Assembly (NCBI RefSeq): GCF_001194135.2
Contig: NC_068981.1
Location: forward strand, 26,013,457-26,077,456
Direction of reading: 5' to 3'
DNA length: 64,000 bases
From: Octopus bimaculoides
Taxonomy: Eukaryota
In this document: piece by piece, positions 1 to 12,139 of the stretch
Numbering within the stretch: the stretch's first letter is position 1
How the letters are laid out: every line of letters starts with the position of its first letter
Made by a program: the position numbers and the translations under genes
Notes under the pieces: model-generated
What the model was told of the DNA's origin: nothing
Seen by the model: the letters and a program-made list of their open reading frames with translations, nothing else
Database searches by the model: none

Positions 1-2410
1 TGTCTTAATTAAAAGAAAAAAGAAAGGAAAATGAAAGTTAGTGTTCTTGCCGGATTTCTGAGAGTCGTAGGAGGAAGAAATGGAAGTTATTTCCAGAGTA
101 CGACCAGCATGATTGACAGAGGCTAAGTGCAGTCCAGTGAAGATACCCGAGGGCTTAAAAATGGAGGTATTATTTAAAAGAATTTTGTCTGTTATTTCGA
201 GGAATTCGAGTGATAATTTTAGAGTTCCTATCGTTGCCTCATATAAATTTGTTTGATCTATAAGACTAATGTGCGGAAGGATACATCAATTATAGCCAGT
301 CGATATGATTTAAGTGATTCTTTTACTTCAGAGTCCCCGCTTCCTTCGTCACAATTAATTACCAAGCAAAACGAGCTTAAAATAAAATAGGTTACAAGTC
401 TCTAATTATATACAAAATGTCTGTTGACAAACAGAACGAAAATGCTATTTATACACAAGAATAAAAACCGAATAACTGTGTCTAATTCTTCAAAAAGAAA
501 AACAGAAATAAACAATAGTAGACTAATTCTGTCACTGCAACGAAATGCCTTCCAAGCCAGTGAATATATAAGTGGAATAGAAAAAAAAAGAAGAGCGGAA
601 TTATACCTATTTGATCCATTGCATAACAGAGATTTATCTTGCCATTGATTAGACTCCAAGACGTTAACGTTCAACAATCGACTGTGATATGAATATACGT
701 AATGGAAAGTAATTGATCAATTATATACGCTATCTAATAGCTTCTGTCGTTCATTCACTATCTCACTATATATATAAAAATGCGTGTGCTTGCAGTATAT
801 ATATACATATATATATATNNNNNNNNNNNNNNNNNNNNNNNNNNNNNNNNNNNNNNNNNNNNNNNNNNNNNNNNNNNNNNNNNNNNNNNNNNNNNNNNNN
901 NNNNNNNNNNNNNNNNNNNNNNNNNNNNNNNNNNNNNNNNNNNNNNNNNNNNNNNNNNNNNNNNNNNNNNNNNNNNNNNNNNNNNNNNNNNNNNNNNNNN
1001 NNNNNNNNNNNNNNNNNNNNNNNNNNNNNNNNNNNNNNNNNNNNNNNNNNNNNNNNNNNNNNNNNNNNNNNNNNNNNNNNNNNNNNNNNNNNNNNNNNNN
1101 NNNNNNNNNNNNNNNNNNNNNNNNNNNNNNNNNNNNNNNNNNNNNNNNNNNNNNNNNNNNNNNNNNNNNNNNNNNNNNNNNNNNNNNNNNNNNNNNNNNN
1201 NNNNNNNNNNNNNNNNNNNNNNNNNNNNNNNNNNNNNNNNNNNNNNNNNNNNNNNNNNNNNNNNNNNNNNNNNNNNNNNNNNNNNNNNNNNNNNNNNNNN
1301 NNNNNNNNNNNNNNNNNNNNNNNNNNNNNNNNNNNNNNNNNNNNNNNNNNNNNNNNNNNNNNNNNNNNNNNNNNNNNNNNNNNNNNNNNNNNNNNNNNNN
1401 NNNNNNNNNNNNNNNNNNNNNNNNNNNNNNNNNNNNNNNNNNNNNNNNNNNNNNNNNNNNNNNNNNNNNNNNNNNNNNNNNNNNNNNNNNNNNNNNNNNN
1501 NNNNNNNNNNNNNNNNNNNNNNNNNNNNNNNNNNNNNNNNNNNNNNNNNNNNNNNNNTATATATATATATATATATGGTTAGGATGTATGGTTGGATGGA
1601 AATATAGATATAAATACACGCGAAAATACTTTCACAGGCTGATTTAGAAGTCGCTGTTGTATTTATACAAATTTACTAGATTATATTTTCATTATGATTT
1701 TGTTTCCACATATTTTTGATTATATCTCAGCTATTTTGTTCTGAATACGCATTCATTCATACGTACACACACGCACAGAGGCACACATAGACACACACAC
1801 ACAAGCACATACACACACATATAACATCGCAGTCGCAGCGGGCATATCTACAACTTTTGAACCCACCACGCTGGACTACTGCGATATTTAATTCCTAGGG
1901 AGAATGTTATGTTTCCTACAACGTTCGAATCTCCTCATTTGCGACTCTACTGTAACTGACACTTTCGCTCACAGCTTGCCAGACATTGGAATTCAACTAC
2001 TGAGTGCTGCAACGTGGGTCGAGCATAATAAATAGTGTAAATGATGCAAACGCCGTTGATAGGCGCATACGTTTATCGAAACGGTTGCAATAGAAACAAA
2101 TCGTATCGGCAGTAATTCTAGAAAAGTCTCCCTTGAAGCCATCGAGACAAGGATAATGGAGTTGACAACTGATGTGGCCTGAACTTCAGAGCAACCCCGC
2201 TCCGCATTTGTCCTGCAAATACCAGAAAATATGTAAAAAGAAATAACCATCTAATCAACACATATGCTTCATGTTTCTACTATTAAAACAAAACTTATTT
2301 CCGACGCTATTATCCACTGCACTTTAGACGGCACTGAACTCAACATGTTGTGGTAAGTTTAAAATAATATATGCTTACACAATGTCTCCTAGTATTTATA
2401 CATATAAAAT

Positions 2411-2590
2411 GCTGTGAGCAAGCAGAATCGTTAGCACGCCGAAGAGTATGCTTAGCGGCATTTCTTCCGGCTTTACATTTTCGACTTGAAATGCCACCGA
2501 GATTGACTTTGCCTCTCAACCTATCGGGCTTGAAAAACTAAATACCAGTTAAGCACGGGTTGTTGCAATTGACTAGTCCTGATCCTCAAA
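2411..2590 (+). mobile_element. Family 1 SINE, diverged
   Basis: GCAGAATCGTTAGCACGCC..ATGCTTAGCGGCATTTC..GACTTTGCC, homologous to the copies at 50173 and 57172. Confidence 0.8.
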
Positions 2591-3284
2591 GACCTATTGA
2601 AGAAAGTAATATCTATACATGTCAAAAAAGAACATGATGGGAGGCATGATACAGGTTTATACAAGTACATTTCCTATAATTACATACATGTTAAAATCAT
2701 TTAAAACACGATTACCTTTTTCTTTCAATGTCCGTCAACTAAATCCACTCACACTAGTTGGGTTGGCCTAAGACTAAAGTAGATGACACTCGACCAAGGT
2801 GTCAAGCAGTGCGATTAAACCTAGAGCCATGAGATTGGGAAGGAAACCTCTTACCACATAGCCACACCTCACATATAATTTCCATATAAATATATGTATA
2901 GACTGTTTCACATTAGCCACAGTTCAAAGGGTGCTTTCCTCAGAGGCATGCTAAACAGATACGCACATATTAAAATGCTTACAAATTCTGTATAAAATAA
3001 AATTCCTAATATTGGCTGCTGCATTTTTACACATATATTTTTTCAATTCGGCTCCAAATTAAAAATCTAATTGCGTTCTAATAGACTTAGAAACAATTTA
3101 AAATGTATCTCGTTATAATGTCACTATACTCTCTAAATATCAAGTTCTAAACTTTTCATTATATGCTAGAAGGAGGAAAATTATTTTTGTGTTGTTGGAT
3201 TAAGTAAAACTTTGAACTATGCAAATGTATATAAAAATGCACATAATATATATACATACATACATACATACATACGTGTGTACT

Positions 3285-3378
3285 TGTGTGTATGTATATA
3301 TGCATGTGTGTATGTATATATGCATGTGTGTATGTATATATGCATGTGTGTATGTATATATGCATGTGTGTATGTATA
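3285..3378. repeat. 20-bp minisatellite (TGTGTGTATGTATATATGCA) x about 4.7
   Basis: Read directly. Confidence 0.95.
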
Positions 3379-3962
3379 AATATTTCTAGCTTGGAATATA
3401 TTGAACGAAGGAGATAATTGATTAATCGAATTATCGAATTATATGGTACACGTGGTTGCTTATCTTCTGTTGATATTGAAAGAAAATATTTTGAATGATG
3501 GAAATATTTGACCAAGTTGGAACAAGGTAAACTTTGATTTATCGAATTATCTGGCTTGATGTGGTTCTTATACGAAACTATTTTACGTCTTTCTCTGTTT
3601 ATTTTTTTCTACTCTTATGAAAACTTCAATTACTAAACACATATAAACTTTGTAAAATACCATTTTGCTTACTCACCAACTTTTCAAGCCTTTATAGAAC
3701 TGGAAGAATAAAGAAATCAAAACTTTCTAATATCCTAAACTGGTAGAAGCAAAGCACGCGCGCGCACAAACACACACGCACACACACACACAAACATACA
3801 TACACGCACAAACAAATAAGCAGATGAGCGCGCATACTCAAACACAAATATACAAGCATATACAAGAACATATAAGAAATATCAATATAGATATATATGC
3901 TTATTTATATTTATACATACATTACACAATTGAATTATATACATACATACATACAGAAAGAT

Positions 3963-3993
<31 letters not shown>

Positions 3994-6900
3994 TAGATAT
4001 TTATCACTGGGGCAAAATGATCATTATCGAACGTGCATGAAACACCTCGGGAGAGATTACTTGTTCTAGAATATTCTGCGTTGAAATATACTCCGAATGA
4101 AAACCTGAGAATCGTTTGTATTCTTGTTTTCTACTAAATCTTGGGCCATCTGAGATGAAACGCTTCTATTTGAAAAGCGAGTGCAGTACTGTGCACATTT
4201 CACTCTCTGTAATCGATTTCAAGTACAGAAACTTCTTGGAAAATATATTATGCATAGATTCTTGAAAATATACTGTGTAAAGTCTTCAAGCCCTGCGTGC
4301 TGGGGGAACCTTCAGGCCTGTTCTACTTGAGGTATGAGTAACATATCAGACTCAGTACGCTAGCCAGTTTGGGAAGCCTGTGTTTTCACTGCACCTTGCG
4401 TAAATATCAACTAAATCTCCTTTACAGTTACAAAGTGCTTTGCTCACGAAATCTCTTTCACAGTTACAAAGTGCTTTGTTCACGAATGCAACCCATCTAG
4501 ATACATGAATTGAAGCCACAATCTTACGACCATAGGTCTAAAATCCTAACCACTAACTCACACGCCTCTGATATGCTCATTGTTGTCTTGTCTTTAATCT
4601 TTATTTTGTCTGGTCAGGGTGATTCTGGGACGAAAATTACGACAAAATATTGGATTCAATTTTAACATTGATTCCTTCAGAGAAAGTTATCAATTTTTTA
4701 ATTGATAAATGATAGACCATTCTATTGTATAAACCCGTAACCTCTCGCCCACACATTCGGCATTATTATAATCATTTAAATAAAATGAATATTTAATAAC
4801 CTGTATATTGTGAAAAACAACGCTTGACTGCATAAGTAATTTTTTCACACGTTTATTCAAACGTCCATCGTGTATTTCTCCAATAATCCCTGCATAACAC
4901 GCTTCATGAGAATTTACACAGTTACCTAAGAGAGTTTACAAACTAATCAAAAAGATCAATGATGTAAATGTACATAAAAATAGGAAAACAAGACGTGTTA
5001 CAAAAATAATATGCTCCTGAGGGTTTAATATTCGCTGAAATTTTCGGAAATTACAGCATTATTACTCAACTGTTGGCTTCACACAAGTTATTGAAAAATA
5101 TATTAAACTTAAAATGTAAGTGTCATGTGTTCTGAGTTGTGTTTGCACGAAGCATCGCGCGACATGAATTATTTACAGCAGAAATTCTTAAGTGATCTGT
5201 ATATCTCAATAATATTACACTGTAATAATATTTATGTAATACTTTCAGACAATGTTCTCGTCGTATTTTCATACTCATTTTGGGATATTAAGTCATCTGT
5301 ATTTTCTCATGTTTAATGCATAGGAACTCGTGTATTCACATTTAATATTGCGCACAATATTTGCATTAAGTACCTTTTGACTTTTAGAATTATACTTTTT
5401 ATTCGCATTATTATCAAATTCCCATATCCAAAGGACTGTTTGTGTTCACATTAAATCATATTCCGTTGCTGGCGTTGCATCAACCCTCGACCAGGCACCT
5501 ATCTTCATTTGCATCTTGTTTAGTTAGATGAAAAATAGTTGGAAATGAGATTGTATCTACTCGAAAGATGCGAAGAATATTTATCTTTCCTTCATCGCAT
5601 ATTCTTAAAGGAATATTGGAAATAATGGTCTAACAGATACCTATTTTCCGATTACTACCGGGAAAAGTGGCTCCGTAACTCAAAGAAAGTATTTCTTTCA
5701 AAATTTATAACTCACATAAGACATTGTTTATTTTGATTATCACCTACTGCTGTACTTCTCAGTGCATATTACACTTGAGTATACCTTCTAATAAGTATTT
5801 GACCTTTACATCTTTCATCCGCATTCGAGCTTGTTAAATTCAGACTTTTGAATAAATACATATTTCTTTATTCAGCGTTGGAGTATCTTCCTTCATTGTT
5901 ATTTGATTTCACTTTAGAAACAATTCTTTACATTTTAAGTACATTCTTGTGTCTAAATCCAGCAAACACGTTCCGCTATATAACACTTCTCAAACATAAG
6001 TGAAAATGCACCAATTTTAACCGATATAGTAGCTTCTCATTAACATGGAAGATATGTTCGAATCTAAAAGCTTTCCCGTGCCTCACGTTTATCTTTCTTT
6101 CATCACACAATATCCTTTCTAAACTACAACGACTATTGTAATATATCAAGCTCTTCGACTGCAAGAGAATCTTTATTAAAAAAAACAGAAAAACAGATCT
6201 TTCCTATCCTGATAATTCATGAGCTTAATCTATTTTATGAAATTTTAATCGGGAATTTCAGTTGTATACCTGGCCGCTGATTTTGGACTGAGATCATTTA
6301 TTGAAGTGCAACCGTTGCATCATGGTATATATATAATACATTCTTCAAATGTTTTGTCGTATATATACACCTCCACTTCCGGCAAGTTTGCTGTCATCAA
6401 TTTACCGTTTTTTTTTTTTTAAATTAAAAATAGTGTTTAAATGTTAATGGTGAGATACTGCGGATATATGCTTTTGATAAAACTTTCCCCGTGGTGAACT
6501 TTCCTCTCGGTAAACTTTCTTTCACAGTGAATTCTCCTTTGTTGAATTGATGACGGGGAAATTACCTGTAATCATACACAATAGCCACTTACTCAATTTC
6601 CCGTTCATGCTGTATATTTTTCAAATATTTTAGTCAGGAGGAAAGGTACTATCCTTTATAGATTTACAGGGCCACCGAAAATTTTGGCACCAAAATAGGA
6701 ATTTACACATAAAGTGGAGAACTACACCGAATTCTTGGAGCAGGTGGGACTCTGCTAATAAAAGTAAAGTTGTTAAGTGCTGGACATAAACTGGGCAATC
6801 GATTACATCAACCGCCCAAGTAAGATATAGCTAGAATTGAATTCGCAAAGAGTTTTAATTACCGTGAGGCGTCCAATCGGAGGCTGTCATAGTTACTGCA

Positions 6901-7314
6901 ATCCACCTCCATGGATTGGTATCAATTTATTGATCCTGAAAAGATGAAAGGTAAAGTTGACATGGGCGGGCTTTGTATTCCAATATCAATGGCATTATCA
7001 TATATAGCACCATTGCAAAAGTAAACAGAAATTGGTGTAATTGTATATACATAATTTGAAGTGTTATCGAAACTATCATCTATCACACATTTTTGCCACT
7101 CATTTTTTTCTATTTCTCTGTATAAACACAACCTTCTATCAGTTGGACATTACTATTCTCTTGTGTTTTCAAATACCATAGTACAACGTACATTTCGAAA
7201 TGTGTACTTCTCATTTTAGAGATTGTTACAAAATAAAGTTTGTAATTGCTTCTAATTTAGATACAAGGTCAGTAGCTTTTGAGAGCGGAGAGGTATTCAA
7301 CACCATCGAACTCA

Positions 7315-7452
7315 GTATTTGCTTGGCACTTCATTTTATTGACTATGAAAGGATGAAAGGTAATGTCGCATTTGAAAGGTTTTGAACTCAAGACGTAAAA
7401 ATTCGGAAGCGATGCTGCTAACAATTTTAACAGCCCGTCGCATTTCGTTACC

Positions 7453-7453
<1 letters not shown>
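7315..7453 (-). mobile_element. Family 1 SINE, diverged
   Basis: Reverse-complement match to the core (GAAAGGATGAAAGG..TTTGAACTCAAGACG). Confidence 0.65.

Positions 7454-7541
<88 letters not shown>
7454..7541. repeat. (TAA)n microsatellite; other tracts at 8720-8838 and 10354-10427, and (ATT)n at 50037-50172
   Basis: Read directly. Confidence 0.99.
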
Positions 7542-7544
7542 CAT

Positions 7545-8718
7545 TAGAGTGGTATACAAAATATGCTATAGAGCCACCGAAGAAAACAGTCTATGATGGT
7601 ATATAAAAAATGCTGTGGAGCCACTGAAGAAAACGGCCGAGAGTGATACATAAAAAAAGCCGTGGAGCTAGCGAGGAAAGCAGCCTAGGGTGGTATATAA
7701 AAATACCGTGGAGTAATAGAGGAAAATAGCCTAGGGTGGCATATATGAAAAATGCCGTGGAGCCACTGTTGAAATACACGGAGAAGGCCGACGTCATCAA
7801 AGCTGAACATTGTGTAACTAAAGAAACATTTAAACAAGAAATGAAGAAAAAAAAAAGAAAAAAACATGGAAGGAAAAAATGTACAGTCAGTTTGCAAGAG
7901 ACGTGAATGCCAAGACAGATACAGAGGACCGGTGGCTATGGATGACAAGGAATGACCTGAGATAGAGACAGAAGCACTCATATGCGAAGCTGAGGAACAA
8001 GCGTAAATGACCAATTATATGAAGTACAGAATTGACAACAGTACAGATAGCCACAAATGCAGAATGTGTGATGAGGGGATTGAAACGATATGCTAGATCG
8101 TTACCGAATACACAAAATTGGCACAACGAGAATACAAACTACACCATGACAATGTGGCATGAACGATCCATTGTGAGTTCTGTGGAAAACAGGCTACAAA
8201 GAGCAAAGACGTGGTATGAAGAAACCCAGAAGGAGTCACCGAAAATAAGAACTACAAAATCCTTTGGGGTGTAATGATCAATTGCAATCACCTGGCCAGA
8301 CAACGGAAACCGGACATTGTTGTGGTAAATAAAAAAGAAAGAACATGTATGATTATCGACAAGGCATGCCCCGGTGACAGCAAGATCAATGTGAAAGAAG
8401 AAGAACAAAATAAACACCTATGACGATTTTAAGTGAGAAATACGAAGGTTGTGGTCAATGAAGAGAGAGAAGACGTGATACCAATAGTAATTGGTGCCCT
8501 TGGAAATATCGGTACTCAACTACTAACATCGCTCAAAAAGATCGTTGCAAGTGTGAAGGTAGAAAACCTAAAAAAATAAAATCCGCATTGCTTGGAACTG
8601 CAAGAATTCTTCGCAGGGTTCTTGAAGCATGACCAGTTAAACATATATCACCTTAGTCTGCTGGCTATGGACAGTTGAAACTTTCCATCGTATCCAGCAA
8701 AGTAAGCTGTGAGACTTC

Positions 8719-8720
<2 letters not shown>
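7545..8720 (+). mobile_element. 5'-truncated, decayed R4/Dong-clade non-LTR retrotransposon (copy A): post-RT region, CCHC knuckle, restriction-like endonuclease, 3' UTR
   Basis: Manual translation across stops and frameshifts gives ...MYSQFARD..WLWM..DL..ETEALICEAEEQA, CRMCDEGIETI (zinc knuckle), ILW..RKPDIVVVNKKERTCMIIDKACPGD (PD..D endonuclease) and VIPIVIGALG..SALLGTARILRRVLEA* (stop about 8632). Flanked on both sides by (TAA)n. Confidence 0.92.
7549..7790. repeat. About 47-bp degenerate tandem repeat x5
   Basis: The GTGGTAT-like anchor recurs at 7549, 7596, 7643, 7690 and 7736. Confidence 0.9.
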
Positions 8721-8751
<31 letters not shown>

Positions 8752-8762
8752 TAATAATAATA

Positions 8763-8838
<76 letters not shown>

Positions 8839-9148
8839 GCAACCATACTCTGGGATATACCAATACGCACAGATAGAGAAATTAAGGCAAATAGACCAGA
8901 TATAGTCGTCAAAGATAATGAAGAAAAAAAAATGCTTTCTAATTGATGTNNNNNNNNNNNNNNNNNNNNNNNNNNNNNNNNNNNNNNNNNNNNNNNNNNN
9001 NNNNNNNNNNNNNNNNNNNNNNNNNNNNNNNNNNNNNNNNNNNNNNNNNNNNNNNNNNNNCACAGCAAACCACAGCACATACCCAAGGCACACAGAGCTG
9101 CGCTCGGTAGTGAAGTGAAAGCACGTTATAAAAATAAAACTACTGAAC
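8839..9148 (+). mobile_element. R4/Dong 3' fragment (family B), interrupted by an N gap
   Basis: 8839-8949 reads TILWDIPIRTDREIKANRPDIVVKDNEEKKCFLID. 9061-9148 is 87/88 identical to the 3' UTR of the inverted copy at 49813-50035. Flanked by (TAA)n. Confidence 0.9.
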
Positions 9149-9161
9149 AATAATAATAATA

Positions 9162-9295
9162 AATGCCCTGATGCAGTACCAATGCCCTGATGCAGTACCA
9201 ATGCCCTGATGCAGTACCAATGCCCTGATGCAGTACCAATGCCCTGATACAGTACCAATGCCCTGATGCAGTAATAAATGCCCGGATGCAGTACC
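9162..9295. repeat. 19-bp tandem repeat (AATGCCCTGATGCAGTACC) x7
   Basis: Read directly: four perfect units, one with a G>A change, one ending GTAAT, and a last one with CCGG. Confidence 0.97.
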
Positions 9296-9832
9296 AGGCA
9301 TTGCTTCTCATGGCTTCTGATCTTGATTGATTGGAAGTGTTATCATGTACGTTGTTTTGTCTTGGTATAACAGATGGGCTACAGCAAATATTCTGCTTAA
9401 TACCACAGATTTGCTTGTCAGTTGTTTGACCTTAACCAGTTGAGCATGTCCCTTGGTGGCTGACGATATGAGCATCTCTGATCATGAGCAGAAGTAGTGG
9501 GGGAGCATCATAGCCATGTGTTGAGAGGAATTATTTGGGGTTTGAATGATTCACCTTTGGAAACATGGGTGTTTTGGTCAACATTCTTAAACAAACCTTA
9601 TTCAGGGACTTTTTGAGTGGGATGGGCTACTCGACATGAAGAAAATTCTAACTGGGCCCCATCTGCCTGTTCATGCACTGTTTATCTTGATATGAGATCA
9701 CCATGTCGCGCGCACCTGGTTGTGATGCATGTGCCTAGTGTATCCTTATCAGACGGGTAGTCATGATGGGTATAATGGGCTTCGTATATTTTACCCCAGT
9801 GTCACTTTGATGGCATTTACTACTCTCTCACT
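9162..9832 (+). mobile_element. Non-coding element inserted in (TAA)n, probably a non-autonomous repeat; orientation inferred
   Basis: About 670 bp of non-simple sequence with sharp (TAA)n boundaries at both ends and no recognisable RT or endonuclease reading frame. Starts with a 19-bp tandem array. Confidence 0.55.
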
Positions 9833-9859
9833 AAATAATAATAATAATAATGATAATAA

Positions 9860-10353
9860 TAAATAGATGCAAATAGGCCAGACATCATACTGAAAGACTT
9901 CAAACAAAAATCAAGCCTCCTCATTGATATGACCGTCCCAATCGATATAAACGTTGTCTGTCAAGACCTACCAAAAACTGAGCAAATATAAAGATCTTGA
10001 AATAGAAATTAGCAAAATGTAGAACCTGAAGACTACAACAATACCTATGACAATAGGTGCCCTGGGAATGACAGCGAAACGGGCTGATTACTACCTAGAT
10101 CAGATACCAGGAAACCCCAAAATGGCTGAAGTTCAAAAGATAGTGCTCATGGGAACTGTCCATATCCTACGTAAAATACTGTCTATGTGATCTCAAATTT
10201 TAAAACATTCTCTAGAACAACACTACGTACAAATCCAAATATATGGTACTCTAGGCATAATACCTACATGAACTTCTAACTTGTTGTCTCTTCAGGTCTC
10301 TGGATGAGACTTGGATCCAACTTGTACAAATGCAAAGCAAAAGTCAAACATAA
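9860..10353 (+). mobile_element. R4/Dong 3' fragment (family C): endonuclease C-terminus and 3' UTR
   Basis: Reads IDANRPDIILKDFKQKSSLLIDMTVP..KYKDLEIEISKM..TIPMTIGALG..VQKIVLMGTVHILRKILSM*, followed by (TAA)n. Confidence 0.9.
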
Positions 10354-10429
<76 letters not shown>

Positions 10430-10434
10430 GAATG

Positions 10435-10478
10435 AATGATGATGATGATGGCGATGATGATAATGATGATGATGATGG

Positions 10479-10514
<36 letters not shown>

Positions 10515-10539
10515 CGATGATGATGATGATGATGATGAT
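10435..10539. repeat. (TGA)n microsatellite; also at 12493-12553 and 48252-48305
   Basis: Read directly. Confidence 0.99.
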
Positions 10540-10540
10540 T

Positions 10541-12125
10541 CAGAACACAGAGCTAGGGTATGATGTGGGAAGTGGTAAAGGGATCTTTAATCACCTGTTA
10601 TTCATAGATGATTTGAAGTTCCCAAAAAGTGAGGCAGAGATGGACAGTCTAGTCCAGTTTTTGCAGATATTCTCAAATGATATGAAAATGGAGTACGGAC
10701 TTTCGAAATGTGCAGGAATTGTGATAAGACGATGTAAGTTTGTCAGAACAGAAGGTATATGCATGCCAAGTGGTGAATTGATGAAGACAATTCAATCTGA
10801 ACACGGATGTAAATACTTGGGAATACCTCGTGCAGATGGAATTAAGCATAATGATATGAAAGAAATACACAACGAAAGATTATCTGCGGCCATTGAAAAA
10901 TACATTGAATTCAAAGCTGAATGCCAAAACTATAATTTCAGCAATAAACTCGTGCACAGTCGCACTGGCTCGGTATGGCGCTGGAATTCTGAAGTGGACA
11001 GATGAAGTCAAGGAGTTGGACAGGGAGACAAGAAAGCTCCCGACGATGCATGGGGCCGATATTTCACATGGAAACACCAACCGCCTGTTCATGAAGGGAG
11101 CAAATGAAGGAGACTGATAAGTGTAGAAGACTCTGAGCATATCAGACTTGGGAACCTGGTGAGATATCTATTCCAGAATGAGGAAACCTTGTGAGGGGGA
11201 GGTTAGAGATGAGAGAAAATTCAAATAAGGAAAACAAAAGGAAAGTAGAAAAGACGTACAAGAAGGACATGTAGAAGCACTAAACAACAAGGAGCTACAC
11301 CCACAATCAGCTCCATGAAAACACAGCTGAAGTTGCTGGAAAATACGGGTGGGACTCGTTGAAAAAAAGGGACACTGAGAAAAGAGACCAAAAATACAAA
11401 CTTTGGCAGCGCAAGACCAAACTCCGGCCACAAATTCGAGGGTTAACCTTAGGAATGAGTAAGTGTCTCCACTCCACCGCGTCTGTAATAGAAGAGACGA
11501 AACAATTGTCCAAATCATGAACGAATGCCCTCGACTTGCCCCCAAACCTTTATAGGTTGTGGCGAAACGAGTTAGCAAAAGTGATACATTAATAACATTT
11601 TAGAAATTTGGGTGAGAGAAAAGCAAAACATGCTATGAGCATAAACTGTACGAGGTGGGGGTGAGTCGGAGATCTGCAAAATATTATCTCATTACAAACA
11701 GATCAGGTGCTTGAGCACAACAAGCAGGATCACGTGGTGGTGGAAAATGTGAACCACATCTGCTCTATAATTAATGTTACATGCCCCTTTGGCATGCGAA
11801 TAGTCAAGACAGAAGGCGGAAATATAGTCATATACAACCATTTTAAATACGAAATAGCTCGATGGTGGAAAACGAAGAGGGTGAAGGTAGTGCTAATCAT
11901 TCTTTGATTCTTTCGGAGCGTATCAGAAAGCATCAAGAGCAATGTAAAGGAAGTAGAAATAGAATGCACAGTAAAATTGTTGCAAAAACTTTGTTCTTTG
12001 GTACTGCCAGATATTAGAGAGTTGAGAATAATAGATAGCTTGGTAGCGTAGGTTGCAGGTAACAGGCTCACTGTGTATGCAAGACGCCAGGAGTTGCAAT
12101 AAAACCTGAGTCAATTAAAAAAACG
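10541..12125 (+). mobile_element. Decayed R4/Dong element (family D): RT motifs 5-7, knuckle and endonuclease remnants
   Basis: ORF 10436-11005 contains NHLLFIDDLK (YxDD-type motif), FSNDMKMEYGLSKCA and CKYLG. Next come AINSCTVALARYGAGILKW, a degenerate knuckle near 11470-11530 and a degenerate endonuclease near 11690-12030. Many stops and frameshifts. Confidence 0.92.
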
Positions 12126-12139
12126 AACAACAACAGCAA

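Noticed and set aside
2000-2212. Frame DKCGAGLL*SSGHISCQLHYPCLDG... read through a single TGA as a possible selenoprotein
   Set aside because: No known selenoprotein motif, no SECIS identified, and another frame is open without recoding.
9162-9295. CRISPR-like array
   Set aside because: The repeats are contiguous with no spacers, there are no cas genes, and the context is eukaryotic.
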